Shown: positions 1 to 13,585, numbered from the whole stretch's first letter. The stretch is DNA of 63,603 bases, filler included, from Reticulomyxa filosa (GCA_000512085.1; 11 parts of 11 records of this genome joined end to end with filler, not necessarily neighbours in it); one strand, 5' to 3'. Notes: generated by a model not told the origin, from the letters alone. Made by a program: numbers and translations.

Positions 1-78
1 AAAAAAAAAAAAAACTGTGAAAAAAAAAAAAAGTCTTGTGAATGTGCGACTATGCGAATGCACGGATAGTTTGATTGT

Positions 79-1872
79 GTGTGTATATGGGTGTGCATGA
101 TTGAACGGAAAACAACGATAAAAGCACCCTCGGAGGCTATGGAGCGCGTGGACAGTAAGAGTTTGAATGAGTCGAGCACAAAGACAGAGAAAAGCGAGGA
201 AACGAAAAGCAAAGCGAAAAAGGGAGAATCGAACGCAGAGACAACGGCAGCGATGGCGGCAGTGGCAGCAACAACGACAGCGGGAAATATGGAAGAAGAC
301 GCAGAAAATAAAAAACGACAAATGAAAGCACCTCGCACAATGAGTGCACCGGCAAAACCTCTTCCGGCACAACCAAAGGTAAGAGGAATTATTCGTAACG
401 AGCAAGTGTTGGTATCGAGAATCGGGCCGATGGAGGGGACAGAGATGAGTCATGACAGCACGACGTATACGAACACCACCTTGCCGACATCAGAGACGTG
501 GGATCGACCAAGTCGTTCAGTACAGCGTCTTTGCCATCTGATAAAGTCTTGTCGGAAGGCATACCATCGACGCTTACTTTTGCGACCGTGCTCGACTCGA
601 CACAGAACAAGGCGTCAGTCTCCGATGTTCCGAAAAAGCAACAAACCACGATTGTTTTTTTGCCAAAGCAAAAGGACAAAGAGAAAGAAAAAGAAGAAAA
701 AGAAATACAAACAAATGAACTTTCAAAGAAACAATTACGAAAACAGATTGTTGAACCACAAAGTGATGGACGCACTGTCAAAATCATCCGCTACTACGAA
801 ATGAATGAAAGTATATATCGCCAAAATGGTGTACATGAACTTAAGACTGTGTACACGACCGAAACCATTTGGAAAGAATACCCGGATGGAGTACCATCTG
901 ACTTGCATCAACGACTACTAAATAAGGTTTATTTTTTGCTTGTTTGTTTTAATGTACATTCAAAATAACAATTAATAATAATAATAATAATAATATTATA
1001 ATAATAATAAAGCGCATTAATCCATTGAGAGAACCCTCGGAGAGACAAACCGTTGTGATAGAAAATGAGGTTGTTCCCGTGGTCACTGAAGAGGAAATTG
1101 GAGAATTGGGAGACAATTTGCTGGATCAAATCAAGGAGTATCGCAAGATTATGTTACAGTCGCAACGGGCACCTGATCTAACGGACCATCATTCACAAAA
1201 CACGTCCCCCTCGAACAGTAACATTGCCGCCGTGACCAGCGACGAAACTATGCAACAGCAAGCTCACTCCGACCACAACGATATTAGTTCGGATGAGTTT
1301 CTGCACGCATCCAATACTAGACGTACCCGCTCTACCACCATCACCGTCACCGCAGAAATGCAAGACCAACTGCTACTCAAAAATATCAATGTCAAGGCTG
1401 TACAAAATTTGGAGCTTTTAGACATGATCACAAGGTTATACACATATACATATATGCATATATATGTATATATATATATATATAGCATGTTTATGTACAT
1501 TTTTTTAAAATTTTATTCATGACAATACTGGCTTTTGCGCTGTGTAACATGCAAAGGTATTCGCTATTGTCCAGTATTACTGTTGTCACTGCTGCCATAT
1601 GGGGCACTATTGCGATTGCAACTGTGTATTGCAGCACAATAGTGAGCATGGAGTCTTTATTTTTCACTGTTTCTGGATTTGATGCTGTTATCAATGTTTT
1701 TTGCATTTTTTTCATGTATGCCTTCGCCAAAAAGTGGTATCGCATGTTGTGCATGTGTGGACACACGTTTTATGAAAAACAATGTGTCAAGTATGCTGAA
1801 AAAGAAATATTGCAGAAACAAAAAGAAGAACTCAGACGAATTCAACAAAGTGATGAACGTAAAACCCATTAG
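79..1872 (+). CDS. Partial spliced gene: long low-complexity region followed by two C-terminal hydrophobic helices (7TM/GPCR-like C-terminus)
   Basis: ORF pieces 79-804, 498-968, 1025-1522 and 1519-1872 are separated by AT-rich GT..AG segments. The last piece reads RYSLLSSITVVTAAIWG...DAVINVFCIFFMYAFAKKWYRMLC, i.e. two TM helices and a Cys-containing tail. Exon boundaries are approximate. Confidence 0.4.
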
Positions 1873-3082
1873 GTGATTTATACAAGGTGTTATTAGCTCA
1901 TTTGTAAAAAGTGTTAATTTTTTTTCTAGTTGTTTTTCTCCCTCACTACTCAAAAGTAAATCTACGGTGTTTTTTCCACATTCCTCGAAGACAATTTCTG
2001 AGGAACTTAATCCTTTTTTGTTTCTTTTGTTTGTTTCTTTTGTTTTTATTCCTGTCCGGAAAGAACTCAAAAACTCACATTTCACAGAAAATTTTTTCGA
2101 AGTCAACAATCGTGATTTGTGAGTATTGTGATCTTGCAGATCGGAAGTTGTTAAGTCTGGACAAAATACTTTGAAACAAATAATTTGCTTAGTTCTCAAT
2201 GTCTGAGAAGGTCTTAAATCGAAAAATGCAAAAAAATAGCATTTTTCCTTTTGCTAACTAATTTCATAAATATATTAAATTCGAGCAATCTATAAAATAG
2301 TGGGGAAAAGGCGTGATTAGGTCAAAATAACAATATCCCAGGACATTTATTTGACAAGGAACTTCAAAATTAAAAAGGCTGATTTGTTAAAAACTGATTT
2401 TAGTTCATATATAACCGATTATTCATGATAAATAAACAATTTTTTTCATTATGGCTAATATTTTGGCCTGTTCAAAAACATGTAGGGCAAGTCCGTACTG
2501 TAGACGGTTGAACTCTGAAATCTTTGAGGAGCCCCCAGTGGACTAAACTTCTTCACCAACTTTCTTCACTTCTTGTTTTTGTTTTCTTTCTGTATTGTGT
2601 TATTATCTTTTATTCGTTAATTCCCTATTGTTTTATCGAAAGCAGTTTTCTTCGATTAGAAAACTTTTCGTGTTACTTTTAGTGCAGCTGACATCCCACA
2701 AACATATGATTACACTGCACGTTTGCATTACTGTTGAGAAAATAAGAAAAAATAGTTAATCAATTCGATGAAAGACTTATAATCCTTCTCAAAACATTTA
2801 AAATAAAAAATAAACGTGAAAAATTGTTTTGTTGGTTGTAGTTTCCAAATATGTTTTTAAAAATTAAATTTTTCACAATTAATAGTTTCTAAATTATACA
2901 ACACATGCACCAATAACACTTTATTCCTACTATTAATCCGACATTTTGAACAAAAATTAAGAGTCGTTGCTGTATTTTCACGTGAGAAAACATAAAAAAG
3001 AAAAGAGTTATTTAGTGAACAGTGAAACGAAAGGTAAAGTTTTTTTGGGAAATTGGAGTGATCATTCCCAGAAACAGAGAGT

Positions 3083-3691
3083 ATGTCAGAACAAGCGCTT
3101 AATTATGCATTAATAAAATTGGCCGATAAAAATTATGAAAAGCGTAAGCAAGGTGCCATAACCATTGAAAAATTTATCCGTGAAATATCAATCACGGAAG
3201 CTGGTATTCAGAACCAAAAGGATGTACAGTTGAAAAGTGACAACACGGATATAATGACATCAATGTCCAAAAGTATACTCCCACAAAGCAGCGGCCAACA
3301 AAAGATAATGCAGACAATAAACTTATTGATAAATTCATTCATCCGATCAAATGAAGTGAATCACAGGAAAGGTGGGCTAATAGCGCTCGCAGGCGTGGCC
3401 CTGGGATTAGGAAAAAACATTGCAATATATTTGGACGTATTGCTCCCGGCAGTGTATAGCTTGTCACAAGACCCCGATGTAAGAGTGCGTTATTATGTAT
3501 CCGAATCTTTATATAACATCATCAAAGTAGCCACTGATTCCATCCTCAAACATTTTGACTTTATTTTCCAAGGTTTTGTTGATTAAAAGGGAAAGAGAGG
3601 AAACACACAACAAATAGCCAAGTGATTTATGTTCTCCTACTCCTTAAAAAAAAAAAAATGCGATTATGCGAGATCTGAAATAAAAATAAAT

Positions 3692-3722
<31 letters not shown>

Positions 3723-6073
3723 GGGAGCATAAAAAGTGAACAAATATAGAATAGCTGTATGTCTTTTATATACACATATATAAAGGGGTGTGCACATTAC
3801 TTGAGGATCCAGACTCAAATGTGCGAGATGCAATACGCTTAGTGGATCGATTGATAAAAGAGATAGTAATGCGGAGTGACAAAGCGTTTGAATTAAACGC
3901 GTTTGTGCCACGTATGCGTGTGTACATGAATAAAAAAAATCCGAACGTACGTGAGCTGTTGATTCAATGGGTTGCATTACTGAGCAAAACTCCAGGGGTG
4001 GAAATGTTGAAATCGTTGCCTCACGTGTTGGATGGACTGTTTGAAATGGTCGAAGATGAGAAGGACAACATAACGAGACAAACCGAGTTATTATTGCACG
4101 AGTTTTTACGAGACATTGGCGAATCGATGCAAATGCAAATGCAGGTGGATTTAAACCCAATGATTGCTATTTTAGGGAAGCAATTGAAACCAGAAGAAGA
4201 AGACGAAGAAGAAGATGATGTTGATGATGATAACGATCGTGATGACCATGATCCTGGTCATGACCCTGACCATAGTCATGACCGTGACCGTGACCGGGAT
4301 CATGACAATGATCAAAAAGAGCCCAATCAATTGAAACAAACGAAACCATTACTCAATAATAAAAGACGACGTGCAATTGCGTTATCATGGCTCCACGAGT
4401 TCTTGAAGTTGGGAAAATTCCAATTGCGTGAACAGTTCCCTTCGATATTGGTTGTTTTATTGAAGTGCATTCAAGACGCCGACACAGCTATTGCCACGCA
4501 AGGATATCATGTCAACCAAGAGTTGTTTCAGCTTGTCAAAACCTCGTCTGCTACGCAGCAACCCTTGTCCGATCACACTGTTTAGAAATGCAACAACAAT
4601 ATATTTAAAAAGTCCTTTTTTTTTTTTTCCTTCCTTCTCCCCCTCCCCCTCCCTCCTTGTGTGTATATGTTATAGGGAAGGGTGGTATGCCATAATATAC
4701 ACACTACGTATATAAATGTATTGTCACATATGCACATAACACTTATCCGTTTGTGTATGTGTATTATGTAATTCTTCATTTGTTTTCAACACAAGGTTTA
4801 TAAATTACTGGACATTTTATCCGAAAATTTGGAGAGTGGCCATGTCAAAGCTAAATTGACAGCGCTGGACTGGATTTGCATGATGTTTGTGGAGTTACAA
4901 TTGAATTTGGACACGAGAGAAATTGAAGAGAACGTTGGTCTGTTTCCGGTGCTATTGAATCTGCTGTGCGATAGCGATGATCAAGTGTTGCAACAAACAT
5001 TGAGCGTACTTGCTCAGATATCGGCCAACGACAGATATTTCCATGTGATTTGTGTCAACTTGTTGATCGTGTTCAAGCAGCATACCGATCTGTTGGCCAG
5101 TCGTGGCAAACTGATTGTCGAAAAGCTGTGCGAATTGCTGGGATCAACCAAAGTTTATATGGCTCTGGTCGACAAACTCGTTTCCGAAAAGATTATTTAT
5201 GACGATTTGGAATTTTGTTCTTTGATTGTTCAATCTCTGAATTTAATTTTGCTAACTACCGATTCCAAAACTATGGATGAATTGAGATCCAATATTAAAA
5301 ATTGTCAATCCAATTCGGATTATTGGAAATTATTTGCTACTTTATTTCACGCTTGGTCATACAATCCTGTTGCGAGTCTGTCCTTGTGTTTGTTGGGAAA
5401 CGTTTATCCATTAGGTATGCTTGTTATACTCAAGTGACTGACAAAACAAGAAAATTATACTATTTTTGCATAAACATATACCATATATACATTATATGTA
5501 TGTATGCACCTATTCATCGCTATTAAAGGTGCACGGTTAGTACTGTATTTTGCGAACCTGGATATGACTATTGGATTTCTGATGCAACTCGACAAACTTA
5601 TATCTTTGATTGAATCTCCCACGTTTGTGCAGATGCGCTTACAATTACTAGAGGCTGACAAACATCCTTATTTGATCAAAATCTTTTATGGATTGTTGAT
5701 GGTATTGCCACAAAATCGCGCATTTAATAGCCTACGTGTACGATTGTATTCTGCTAGTTCGTTTGGCTTGTTAGACTGCGCTCTTGATGTTCTTGATATC
5801 AAAAAAGACTTGGCACTCCTTGAGAAGTCACAGTCCTCCAACTCAAAAACTGACGCACTTAAAATCAATCCTGATGCATTATTTACCCATTTCGTCAACA
5901 TTCAAGAGAAATTTAAACACAAACGATTAACTGAAATGGACAAAAGCTCTTTTTTAATGGATCGAAAAGATCAATTTTTGTCCAAAATTCCTACGCTTGA
6001 CATTGGCATTGGTTCCAACATCCAACTTAACAATACTGAAGTTGTTAATAAGCCAGAGCAGGTTAAAACCTAA
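3083..6073 (+). CDS. VAC14: Vac14 (PIKfyve/Fab1 complex HEAT-repeat scaffold), about 4 exons
   Basis: LADKNYEKRKQGA..IEK; NHRKGGLIALAGVALGLG; DPDVRVRYYVSESLYNIIKV; C-terminal QLDKLISLIESPTFVQMRLQLLE..HPYLIK..YGLLMVLPQ. First intron is 3573-3785 (GT..AG). Confidence 0.93.
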
Positions 6074-6905
6074 CCTAAAAGTAAAATAAGTACTGCCCCC
6101 TTTTTTCTGACAACAATACGAAGATATGTTAGATTCCTTTTTTTCAATATCCCCTGCCTGCAAACCAGCAAAAAGTAGACAAATAACAAAAAATCTAAGT
6201 TGCCCATTTTTTTAAGAATGATTGGCATGTTGCAGAACACATTTTTCATAACTTCGCCTTTGTGCAAGCAGCTTCCTTTTTTGTTGTTTTACCTGCTTTA
6301 TTAACTGTAACATACAAGTATATTACAATGCCCACTTTTATTTGCATTTAAATATCTTCACAATTTTGTCATAACGATTATTTAAAGTGTTTCATTTTGG
6401 ATTAAATATTATTATTTTGTAGAGTCTCTTTTTTAAAATCTAGTTTTTAGTTATTATTAAAACTTAAATTTTTTATTTATAAATATATTGCTCTGAATTA
6501 TCCTTTTTTAATGAAAATAATTATTGATGCCTGATCTGTAAACATATTATTTAGGTTATATATTTCACTTAGTATGAGAGTTACTCTTGCTGAATGGAAT
6601 GAAAATAAAGGCAAAGCTTTCATGCACAACAAGCAATTTTGGGTGAAGCTCAGTGAACCATTGGAAGATTTGGTTATATTCCCCAGCCGCAATTGGGAAA
6701 AAGAACAAAAAGTTAATAAAATAAAATAAAAAACAAACAACACAACAACGAAAAAAATAAACAGAAATTCTGGGACAAGAACAAACTGTTGTGCAAAAAA
6801 ACATATTTGCTGTTTTCAGAGTGAAAAAAATTGATTAGTTGCTTTGATTGCGTAGCGGACCATGCTGACAAAAATGGGGAAAAATTTTTTTTGTTGTTTT
6901 AGTGA

Positions 6906-8372
6906 TTATTTAAGGGATGAGTGTGAATATGGACAATCGTTTTCATTGAAACATCCTCCATGTTTATAATGATATGGACACAGTGTTGTATTTGCACTCT
7001 CAGTATTTGTTGAACCATGATTTTTTTGCTCATTGGCATTTTTTCTGTTTTTCATTTCCATGGGCATGGCCAAATTGCCCGCTCCCAGATTCATGTTGTC
7101 GTTTACCCCGCCCATGCGGTTTCTTAAACTATGCCCTTCCCAATAGTTGGGACGAAATTTTTTGTGTGGCGGATCGTACATACCCATATTCAAGTTTGCT
7201 TGTCCTCCCATTCCAATTCTGTCGTTGTTCATATGCAGGTGAGGGTTGTGCATTCCAACAGGCTCTTCAGTGTGAGTGGTGACGTCGTTGGCCAAATCTT
7301 GAAAGGTACGACGCCGTGGAAAGTTCTTGTTATTGGTGTGATCATTATTATTATTATTATAATAACCGTTGCTTTTGGGATCATTTCGATTGTTTTTTAT
7401 CCTATTTTTCCTCCCGTCCCATCTGTCTCTATCTCCATTGCCAATGCCAATGCCATTGCCATTTCCGTCTCTGTCTCTAAATCTCCCTTTGTCCCTGTCT
7501 CTGTCGTGCCCTCCATCTCTGAGTCTGTATGGTTTTTGTGGTGGTCTCTGTTGGTTCATCCGATTCCTGTCATCGCGACCTTGTATCCTGGTGTCAAATG
7601 CCTGCCAGCCAGGGTCACCACCATTGGGTGGATGATACAAGGGCATCGATGGTGGAGGCATGGACATGGGTGGCATTGGACGAACGGGGTGATCTCTTTG
7701 CCGATCATAAAAGGGCTGTTGTTCGAGCGGCGGTTCGCCAGGTGGAATGAATCCGTGGGAATAGAGGGACGGCGGAGGCATCGAGACGACTTGATGTGGA
7801 TGTCCCATTGGTGTCGTTGGGCCAGACGATGACGGCGATGGGAGCATTGACGGATATCCCGAATTGGAATGAAGGGGAGGAGGCGGAGGAGGTGGCGGTG
7901 GATACGAAGAGTTTGGCGCAAACTGTGATTGTGACAATGGAGGCATTGGCAAAGAGTGTGGATGTGAGTGTAATTGATGTGGATGTGAATGTGGATGCGA
8001 GTGTGAATGTGGATGTGGATGTGGATGTGAATGTGAATGTGGATGTAGTTGATGTGGGTGTTGGTGTACATGTGGATGCAGTTGTGGCTGTGACTGTAAA
8101 TGTGACTGAGGCTGCGGTTGTGTTTGCAGTTGCAGTTGCAGTTGCGGTTGCGATTGCGGTTGCGATTGCGGTTGTGTCAACATTAGTGACTGCGTTTGTG
8201 TCTGTGTTTGCGTTGATGTCTGCGGTTGTGGCTGTGAATGCAATGGCGAGAGCATGTGTGGATGAGAATAGGGTTGTGCTTGCATTACCAGCGGTGTCTG
8301 CACTTGTGGCGGAAACAATCCAGTCGAATCTGGAGGAAAAAAGCGTTCTGTAGAAATATTGTGCATTTCCAC
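6906..8372 (-). CDS. 3' part of a Pro/Gln/His-rich protein with a C-terminal CCCH zinc finger
   Basis: C-terminal CPYHYKHGGCFNENDCPYSH = C-x8-C-x5-C-x3-H; the rest is low complexity; the 5' end runs off the contig. Confidence 0.7.
   Translation of the reverse strand: MEMHNISTERFFPPDSTGLFPPQVQTPLVMQAQPYSHPHMLSPLHSQPQPQTSTQTQTQTQSLMLTQPQSQPQSQPQLQLQLQTQPQPQSHLQSQPQLHPHVHQHPHQLHPHSHSHPHPHPHSHSHPHSHPHQLHSHPHSLPMPPLSQSQFAPNSSYPPPPPPPPPLHSNSGYPSMLPSPSSSGPTTPMGHPHQVVSMPPPSLYSHGFIPPGEPPLEQQPFYDRQRDHPVRPMPPMSMPPPSMPLYHPPNGGDPGWQAFDTRIQGRDDRNRMNQQRPPQKPYRLRDGGHDRDRDKGRFRDRDGNGNGIGIGNGDRDRWDGRKNRIKNNRNDPKSNGYYNNNNNDHTNNKNFPRRRTFQDLANDVTTHTEEPVGMHNPHLHMNNDRIGMGGQANLNMGMYDPPHKKFRPNYWEGHSLRNRMGGVNDNMNLGAGNLAMPMEMKNRKNANEQKNHGSTNTESANTTLCPYHYKHGGCFNENDCPYSHSSLK
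7960..8235. repeat. Coding hexamer microsatellites (His-Pro/His-Ser and Gln-Pro/Gln-Ser repeats)
   Basis: Tandem gtggat/gtgaat and ttgcgg/ttgcag units. Confidence 0.8.
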
Positions 8373-8463
8373 TACGTCTTTGTTGTAATCGTTTGGCTAT
8401 ATTATGTGCAATTTTTGGAGGCGTTATGCACACACATAAAAATATATGTATGTATACATATAC

Positions 8464-8494
<31 letters not shown>

Positions 8495-8594
8495 NNNNNN
8501 NNNNNNNNNNNNNNNNNNNNNNNNNNNNNNNNNNNNNNTTAATTAATTAANNNNNNNNNNNNNNNNNNNNNNNNNNNNNNNNNNNNNNNNNNNN
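8495..8594. other. Artificial contig linker N44-TTAATTAATTAA-N44 (also at 17927, 24464, 26099, 33551, 34903, 37604, 47801, 52419, 54574)
   Basis: An identical 100-nt spacer with six-frame stop codons occurs ten times. Confidence 0.99.
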
Positions 8595-9416
8595 ATAATA
8601 ATAATAATAATAATAATAGAACATGCCAGAGTAATGCTTCTTTTCCTTCCAAGCTTCAATAACTTTTCGCACGTGTTGGACCTGTTGCGAATGTGGTCGC
8701 AAGAAAATGCACGTCTGTGCGTAGTGATGGGAGGTGAAAAAAGGATTATGCAAGGCCTTTGTGGTGGGGGTATGGTACGTGCCTCTTTGGAGGGACTGAG
8801 ACGCTTGGAGAGGGACGCCTTCCAATGAGGACAGCGAGTATGTGTTGGATTGAATGCTCTCGGGGACCGGGGTCAATATGGTTCCAAATCTGAGTTTGCT
8901 GTTGTGCATTGCTTCTCCTCGTGTCATGGGCGCGTCTTGTCCAAACACAGTGGGCTGAAATATCTTGGTCTTCTCCAACGAGGGCAGCGCAAAAGTAAAG
9001 TGGCTTTCGCTTTTCTGTTTGCCCTGATGGTCGCCATTGTTGTCGCCTTCTGCGTTCGCTGACAACGATCGTACCATGTGATGTGCAGGTGCAGAGCCGA
9101 GGCCGTTCAAATCGACAAAGCTTTCTTGAAATGAAAGGGACAGACGTCTCGACGCAACTGAGGTACTCACACAATTGTAATCCAAAATATTGTCATTGTT
9201 ATTACCGTTGTTATTACCGTTGTTGAAGTGCAATTCTCCGACTGTGTCCATATCCATGCCCATGCCCATGGCTTTGCTGTCCCTGCCCTGCTCAGATGAC
9301 CATGATCCAATAGACTGCTTTTCTGTCGAGTTTTGTTTCTTCATGTCATCTTCATGGACTACAATGTGATCGGACACTTTTTTTTTTTGGAGTAACATCA
9401 TTGTTACTGTCATTGC

Positions 9417-9450
<34 letters not shown>

Positions 9451-10306
9451 GTCAAAATTCGTCAACTCATTGCTGTTCCCGGAACGTGCGTTTGGTGAGG
9501 GTATTGCTGTTGACGATGTCGACACCGACATAGTGGATTCTGCCGTCGTTGCCTTGGCAAATGGACTGGAATACTGGCTATTGCCATTGTGCTCGGGTGT
9601 TCCGGTTGGCGAGGTCACGCTCGTGAGAATTGAAATGGGACCTTTCGAATCCAAGTCGCCAAAAGTGTCAATCTTTGCTTTCTTTGGTATGCCGTTGTTG
9701 AAGGCCACGACGGAGCCGCGTTGCACAATTCCACTACCCTCGCTTACGCCAGAGATAAGCATGCTTTCATTGTAATCCATTGTCGGCGGCGGCGGAAGTG
9801 AACAAGGAATATGTCCAAAACGAATGGTCAAACACTGATTTTCCAATTGGAAATAAGCCGGTTCTTGTAAAAAGTCCACTGGCACACAGAATATCACTAC
9901 ACGTCTGTTTTGTTTTGTTTGTTTTTTTTTGAAAAAAAAAAAAAAAAAAAGGGGTCCAAATTATTTATCACTCAAAAATATAAAAAGTGATATGTAAGTA
10001 TAACTTCAAGAAATGGGATTCCGCATCTTTTGGTTGATTGCAAAATTGGGATAAAAAAAACTCGTAAGAGATGTGCAAGTCTTCCCATCCCCAGTTATTT
10101 GTGTCTTTCAACAGGTATTCGTAAATCTCTTTCGCTTTGTCTAGCTGTTGAAACAATGCCAACTCATTTGCCATTTCCAGGAGTGTTCCAGGGCTCTTCG
10201 TTTTAAGTAGTTCTTCGTCTATCTTTTTTTCGCTCTTTTTTTCCTCCATTTTGTCTTTGTTTGTTATTTCATTATTTGTTTCCGTACCGTCATTTAGTTC
10301 TTTCAA
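8595..10306 (-). CDS. Spliced hypothetical protein, probably downstream exons of the PH-domain gene
   Basis: ORFs 9968-10306, 9352-9897 and 8547-9455 lie on the same strand, with poly-N tracts and a short TPR-like helix pair (ELALFQQLDKAKEIYEYLL). Confidence 0.45.
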
Positions 10307-10515
10307 CAGTTCTTGAATCCTTATCGCACTGGTCTTGTTTTTTTTTTTTTTTTTTTGGTGTATTCGAATTTACCAAGATGTAGCTTGTTATGTGAAGAGA
10401 GATTATTATCTCTATACCTCTTTTTAAAAAAAAAAAAAGGTCTATTTTTGATTTGGTTTTGTGTACATATACATATATTTCTTTTATGTGTAAGTAATCC
10501 CCCCTTTTTTTTTTT

Positions 10516-10851
10516 TTAAACTGTCAATCGAATGACTGTGTTGATCGCATTAAACCATTGAATACATTCTTGCTGATTTTTTACACTCAAATACAACGCA
10601 CGGTCTTTCGTAGTAATCATGAAACCAACTGCTTTTTTGCTGTGGCTTATCTCTGTCGTTTGCATATTTGTTATGTTTGCTACGTTCAATTCAGCCACTC
10701 CAGACGAATTTCTTTCATCTTCCGGGTGGTGCCATTGCAGTTTTCCATTTTTAAACAATATCAAAATTCGACTATTCCAACGGAACGGAAAACCACTGGT
10801 GCGTTTCATCACCAGTCCTCGCATTTGAATTTTGCCTTCCAGAGAGTCCAT
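10516..10851 (-). CDS. Pleckstrin homology (PH) domain exon
   Basis: GLVMKRTSGFPFRWNSRILIL..GKLQW...GFMITTKDRALYLS...ECIQWFNAI, with the conserved Trp in the terminal helix. Confidence 0.85.
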   Translation of the reverse strand: MDSLEGKIQMRGLVMKRTSGFPFRWNSRILILFKNGKLQWHHPEDERNSSGVAELNVANITNMQTTEISHSKKAVGFMITTKDRALYLSVKNQQECIQWFNAINTVIRLTV

Positions 10852-11308
10852 CAGTGACAGTGAACTAATCTAACAATAAAAAGTCCCAAAATCTGAGAAG
10901 ATTTGGTCTTTGTTTGAATTATACGAAAAAATTTTGCACCTTTTTTTTTTGTACCAAAGAAACTTCCTTCTCTTTGGTATTGTGTTTGCATCAACTTTTG
11001 AAATCTGTGTCTCCTGAGACAGACCTTTTTTTATTTTTTTTTACCTCAATGCGAATTTGTAGCATTGTAACTCTGTTAAGAATCATACATAGACTTCTTA
11101 AATGACAAAAAAAAAATAAAAAACAATTGACTGCAAGTAAAGCAAAAACAAACAACACTGCACGTTTAGGAGGATGAGACAAAAGAAAAAAGTATACCAA
11201 GCAAAAAATCAATGAATTGTCAAGATAGGATTCTCGGTCGGAATACAAGAAGCATTAGAATGGCAGTAATTATTTGTGTTTTGCGACTGAAACTGAACCG
11301 ACTCAGAG

Positions 11309-12104
11309 TCAAGTTTGATACGTAGAAGTAGATCTTTGTTGAACTTTGGACAAGTACTCTTTCAACTTGTTATTTTCGTCGCCCAGCTTTTTTCTATCTT
11401 CTTTTAACTTTGCGTTTTCCTGTAACACATTCTGCAAAGTGTGTTCCAATGATAGCAGTTTATTTTTTTCTTGGTTGAGTTGTGTGGACGAGTCTTGTTG
11501 TGAATTGTTTGAATGATGTGGGGACATATGTTTTCTTTGGTTATTGTCGTTTTGTTGATACTCGTTCCGGTCTTGTAATGATGAGTGCACTAGTCCCGTT
11601 TCCTGTGCTTTTTGTTTCAGCGTTGTTTGGTGTATTTCTTTTGTCATCAATAGCAGCAATAGCAATTCCATATTCGCAATCGCCCAAATCGAATCATGAT
11701 TATATCATTGAAGAAACAAACAAAAAAAAAGTTATATCCAGTGTTGTTGTTGTTGTTGTCGATTATCCAGGAAATAGAAAAAAAACAATGTGCAGACCTT
11801 TCAGCTGTTCAACAAGTTCTCTCAGATTTGCAATTTGCTTGTCTTTTTCCTGCAGTTGATGTTGTAAACTGAGAGCATCGAATTCACTCTTAGAAGGATT
11901 GGTATTGATATCAGCATTGGCATTGATATTGACATTAGCATTAGTGTTGACATTGACATTGGCATTGGCATTGGCCTTGTTGTGATTATTAACATTTGAG
12001 TTCTTTTTGCTTTTGACATAATCACTAGTTATAGGTTTGCATGTTTCCCAAAAAAACAAGCCCAGGGTTCTGTTAAGATACAGAGATAAACTAAAAAGAG
12101 GCAC
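11309..12104 (-). CDS. Spliced coiled-coil protein (partial)
   Basis: LQHQLQEKDKQIANLRELVEQLK and LEHTLQNVLQENAKLKEDRKKLGDENNKLKEYL heptads. Confidence 0.5.
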
Positions 12105-12870
12105 ATATGAGACCTGTATCCAGGATCAAAGTAGCTCAAAATCAATGGATTGTGAAGGGGGTTGAAATTAATCTTACTTCGGTCAATGTTTCCCGCTTGC
12201 TTCATTGGGTTGTTTTGTTTTGTTTTGTTTATTTTGATTGCCGTGTGAGTGTTATTATCACAGCAAGACGTCGTCAGATACAACACAACAAAAAGAGATA
12301 ACCAATTGATCTAAAAACTGCTGAATCACAAAGAGATCGGTCAGCGGAGCATTGGCAATGCCGGTGCCTAGCGAATGAAAGATTACTCGCTCATTGTTCT
12401 TTAACAACAAAGGATTGTTATTGTTTATTGTTTCCCGTTTGTTTGTTTAATATGTACTTGTTTTCGTTATTTTTTTTTTTTTTTTCTCTCTCTAACGAGT
12501 CATAACTTTTCCAAAAAATTTTCCCACATTGTCACCAATATCTTCTTCAGAGGGGGACGGGACTACCACTATAAACCTTTTTGCCAATTTTTATTTTGGG
12601 GAGGGGGGATAATTTTTGTGTGCTCGTTTATTGAGTCAGCTGTTTTCCCTTTTTTGATATCCATCACAAAAAAAAAAAAAAAAGGGGGCGGAAGGGGAAA
12701 AAAGCAGTTCATCAACAAACAGACCCCTTTTTGATGTCGTCTAGTAATCGTTTAAATGCTGCTTCCCATATATCTATTTTTGATCGGAGACCTCGTTTCT
12801 ATGTTCCATTAAAATAACAATAACGAAGCAATAATGATAATAATAACAGTTATAATAAGAAGATATGTGA

Positions 12871-13317
12871 TTAGTTTTGGTAATTGTTTGTTACATCAAA
12901 ACATACACACAAAAAAAAAAAAAAAAGAATTACCTGGCTCCAAACCGTAACAATACCGTAAGAAATCTTGCCCTCAAATTGTTGCTGCCCCGCTACTTTT
13001 GCTTGCCCTGATAGCCCTTTTCTTGGCTCAGCTGGTTTTCGAAGATAATCTTCCTCATTATCTCCGAATAAAAATTTAAACGGCGCGTTCTCATTTTTTA
13101 CTCGCAGAAAATCACTTTCCGTATAGTGGCTGACTTGATACACCACTTGACTTGTCGATTTTTCTTGATATAGTTTCGGTATGAATCTTGAGATTTGGTT
13201 TCCTTCTTTTCTTTGGTTTTGTGGCTCTGTTACAGATTCAATTAAACTTGTCAAATAATAATTAGCACACGAAAAAAAAATTAGACACAGACTTATAGGT
13301 GGCTTTAGCATTGACAT
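12871..13317 (-). CDS. Hypothetical protein
   Basis: 148-aa ORF only; no recognised motif. Confidence 0.25.
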   Translation of the reverse strand: MSMLKPPISLCLIFFSCANYYLTSLIESVTEPQNQRKEGNQISRFIPKLYQEKSTSQVVYQVSHYTESDFLRVKNENAPFKFLFGDNEEDYLRKPAEPRKGLSGQAKVAGQQQFEGKISYGIVTVWSQVILFFFFLCVCFDVTNNYQN

Positions 13318-13585
13318 TATAGGAATTATCTTGAGGGGTGTATATATGTATGGCTGTGCTTAAAAAAAGTCTCAGTATGAATGTTGATGTTCTGTAAGTT
13401 TTTTTAGCAGTTTATTTGTTGTGACAAGTTTTATTTGTATTTTTTCGCAAAGAATAAGACGTCATTGAATACATACCAATTTAATGACGTCTTGTTCTTA
13501 TTTTTATGATTTTCCTAGTTTTTCACCTGAACACGAAAAAGCAGTGTAAAAAATGAGCTATGAACTGATTTAAGGTTTGTGTGCG

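Noticed and set aside
7131-8433. Long alternative-frame ORFs (V/A-, T/S- or L-rich), also at 42291-43752 and 54692-55258
   Set aside because: Shadow frames of coding microsatellites.
8495-8594. Periodic TTAATTAATTAA palindromes flanked by Ns
   Set aside because: Artificial concatenation linker. ORFs containing X that cross it are artefacts, and adjacency between contigs means nothing.
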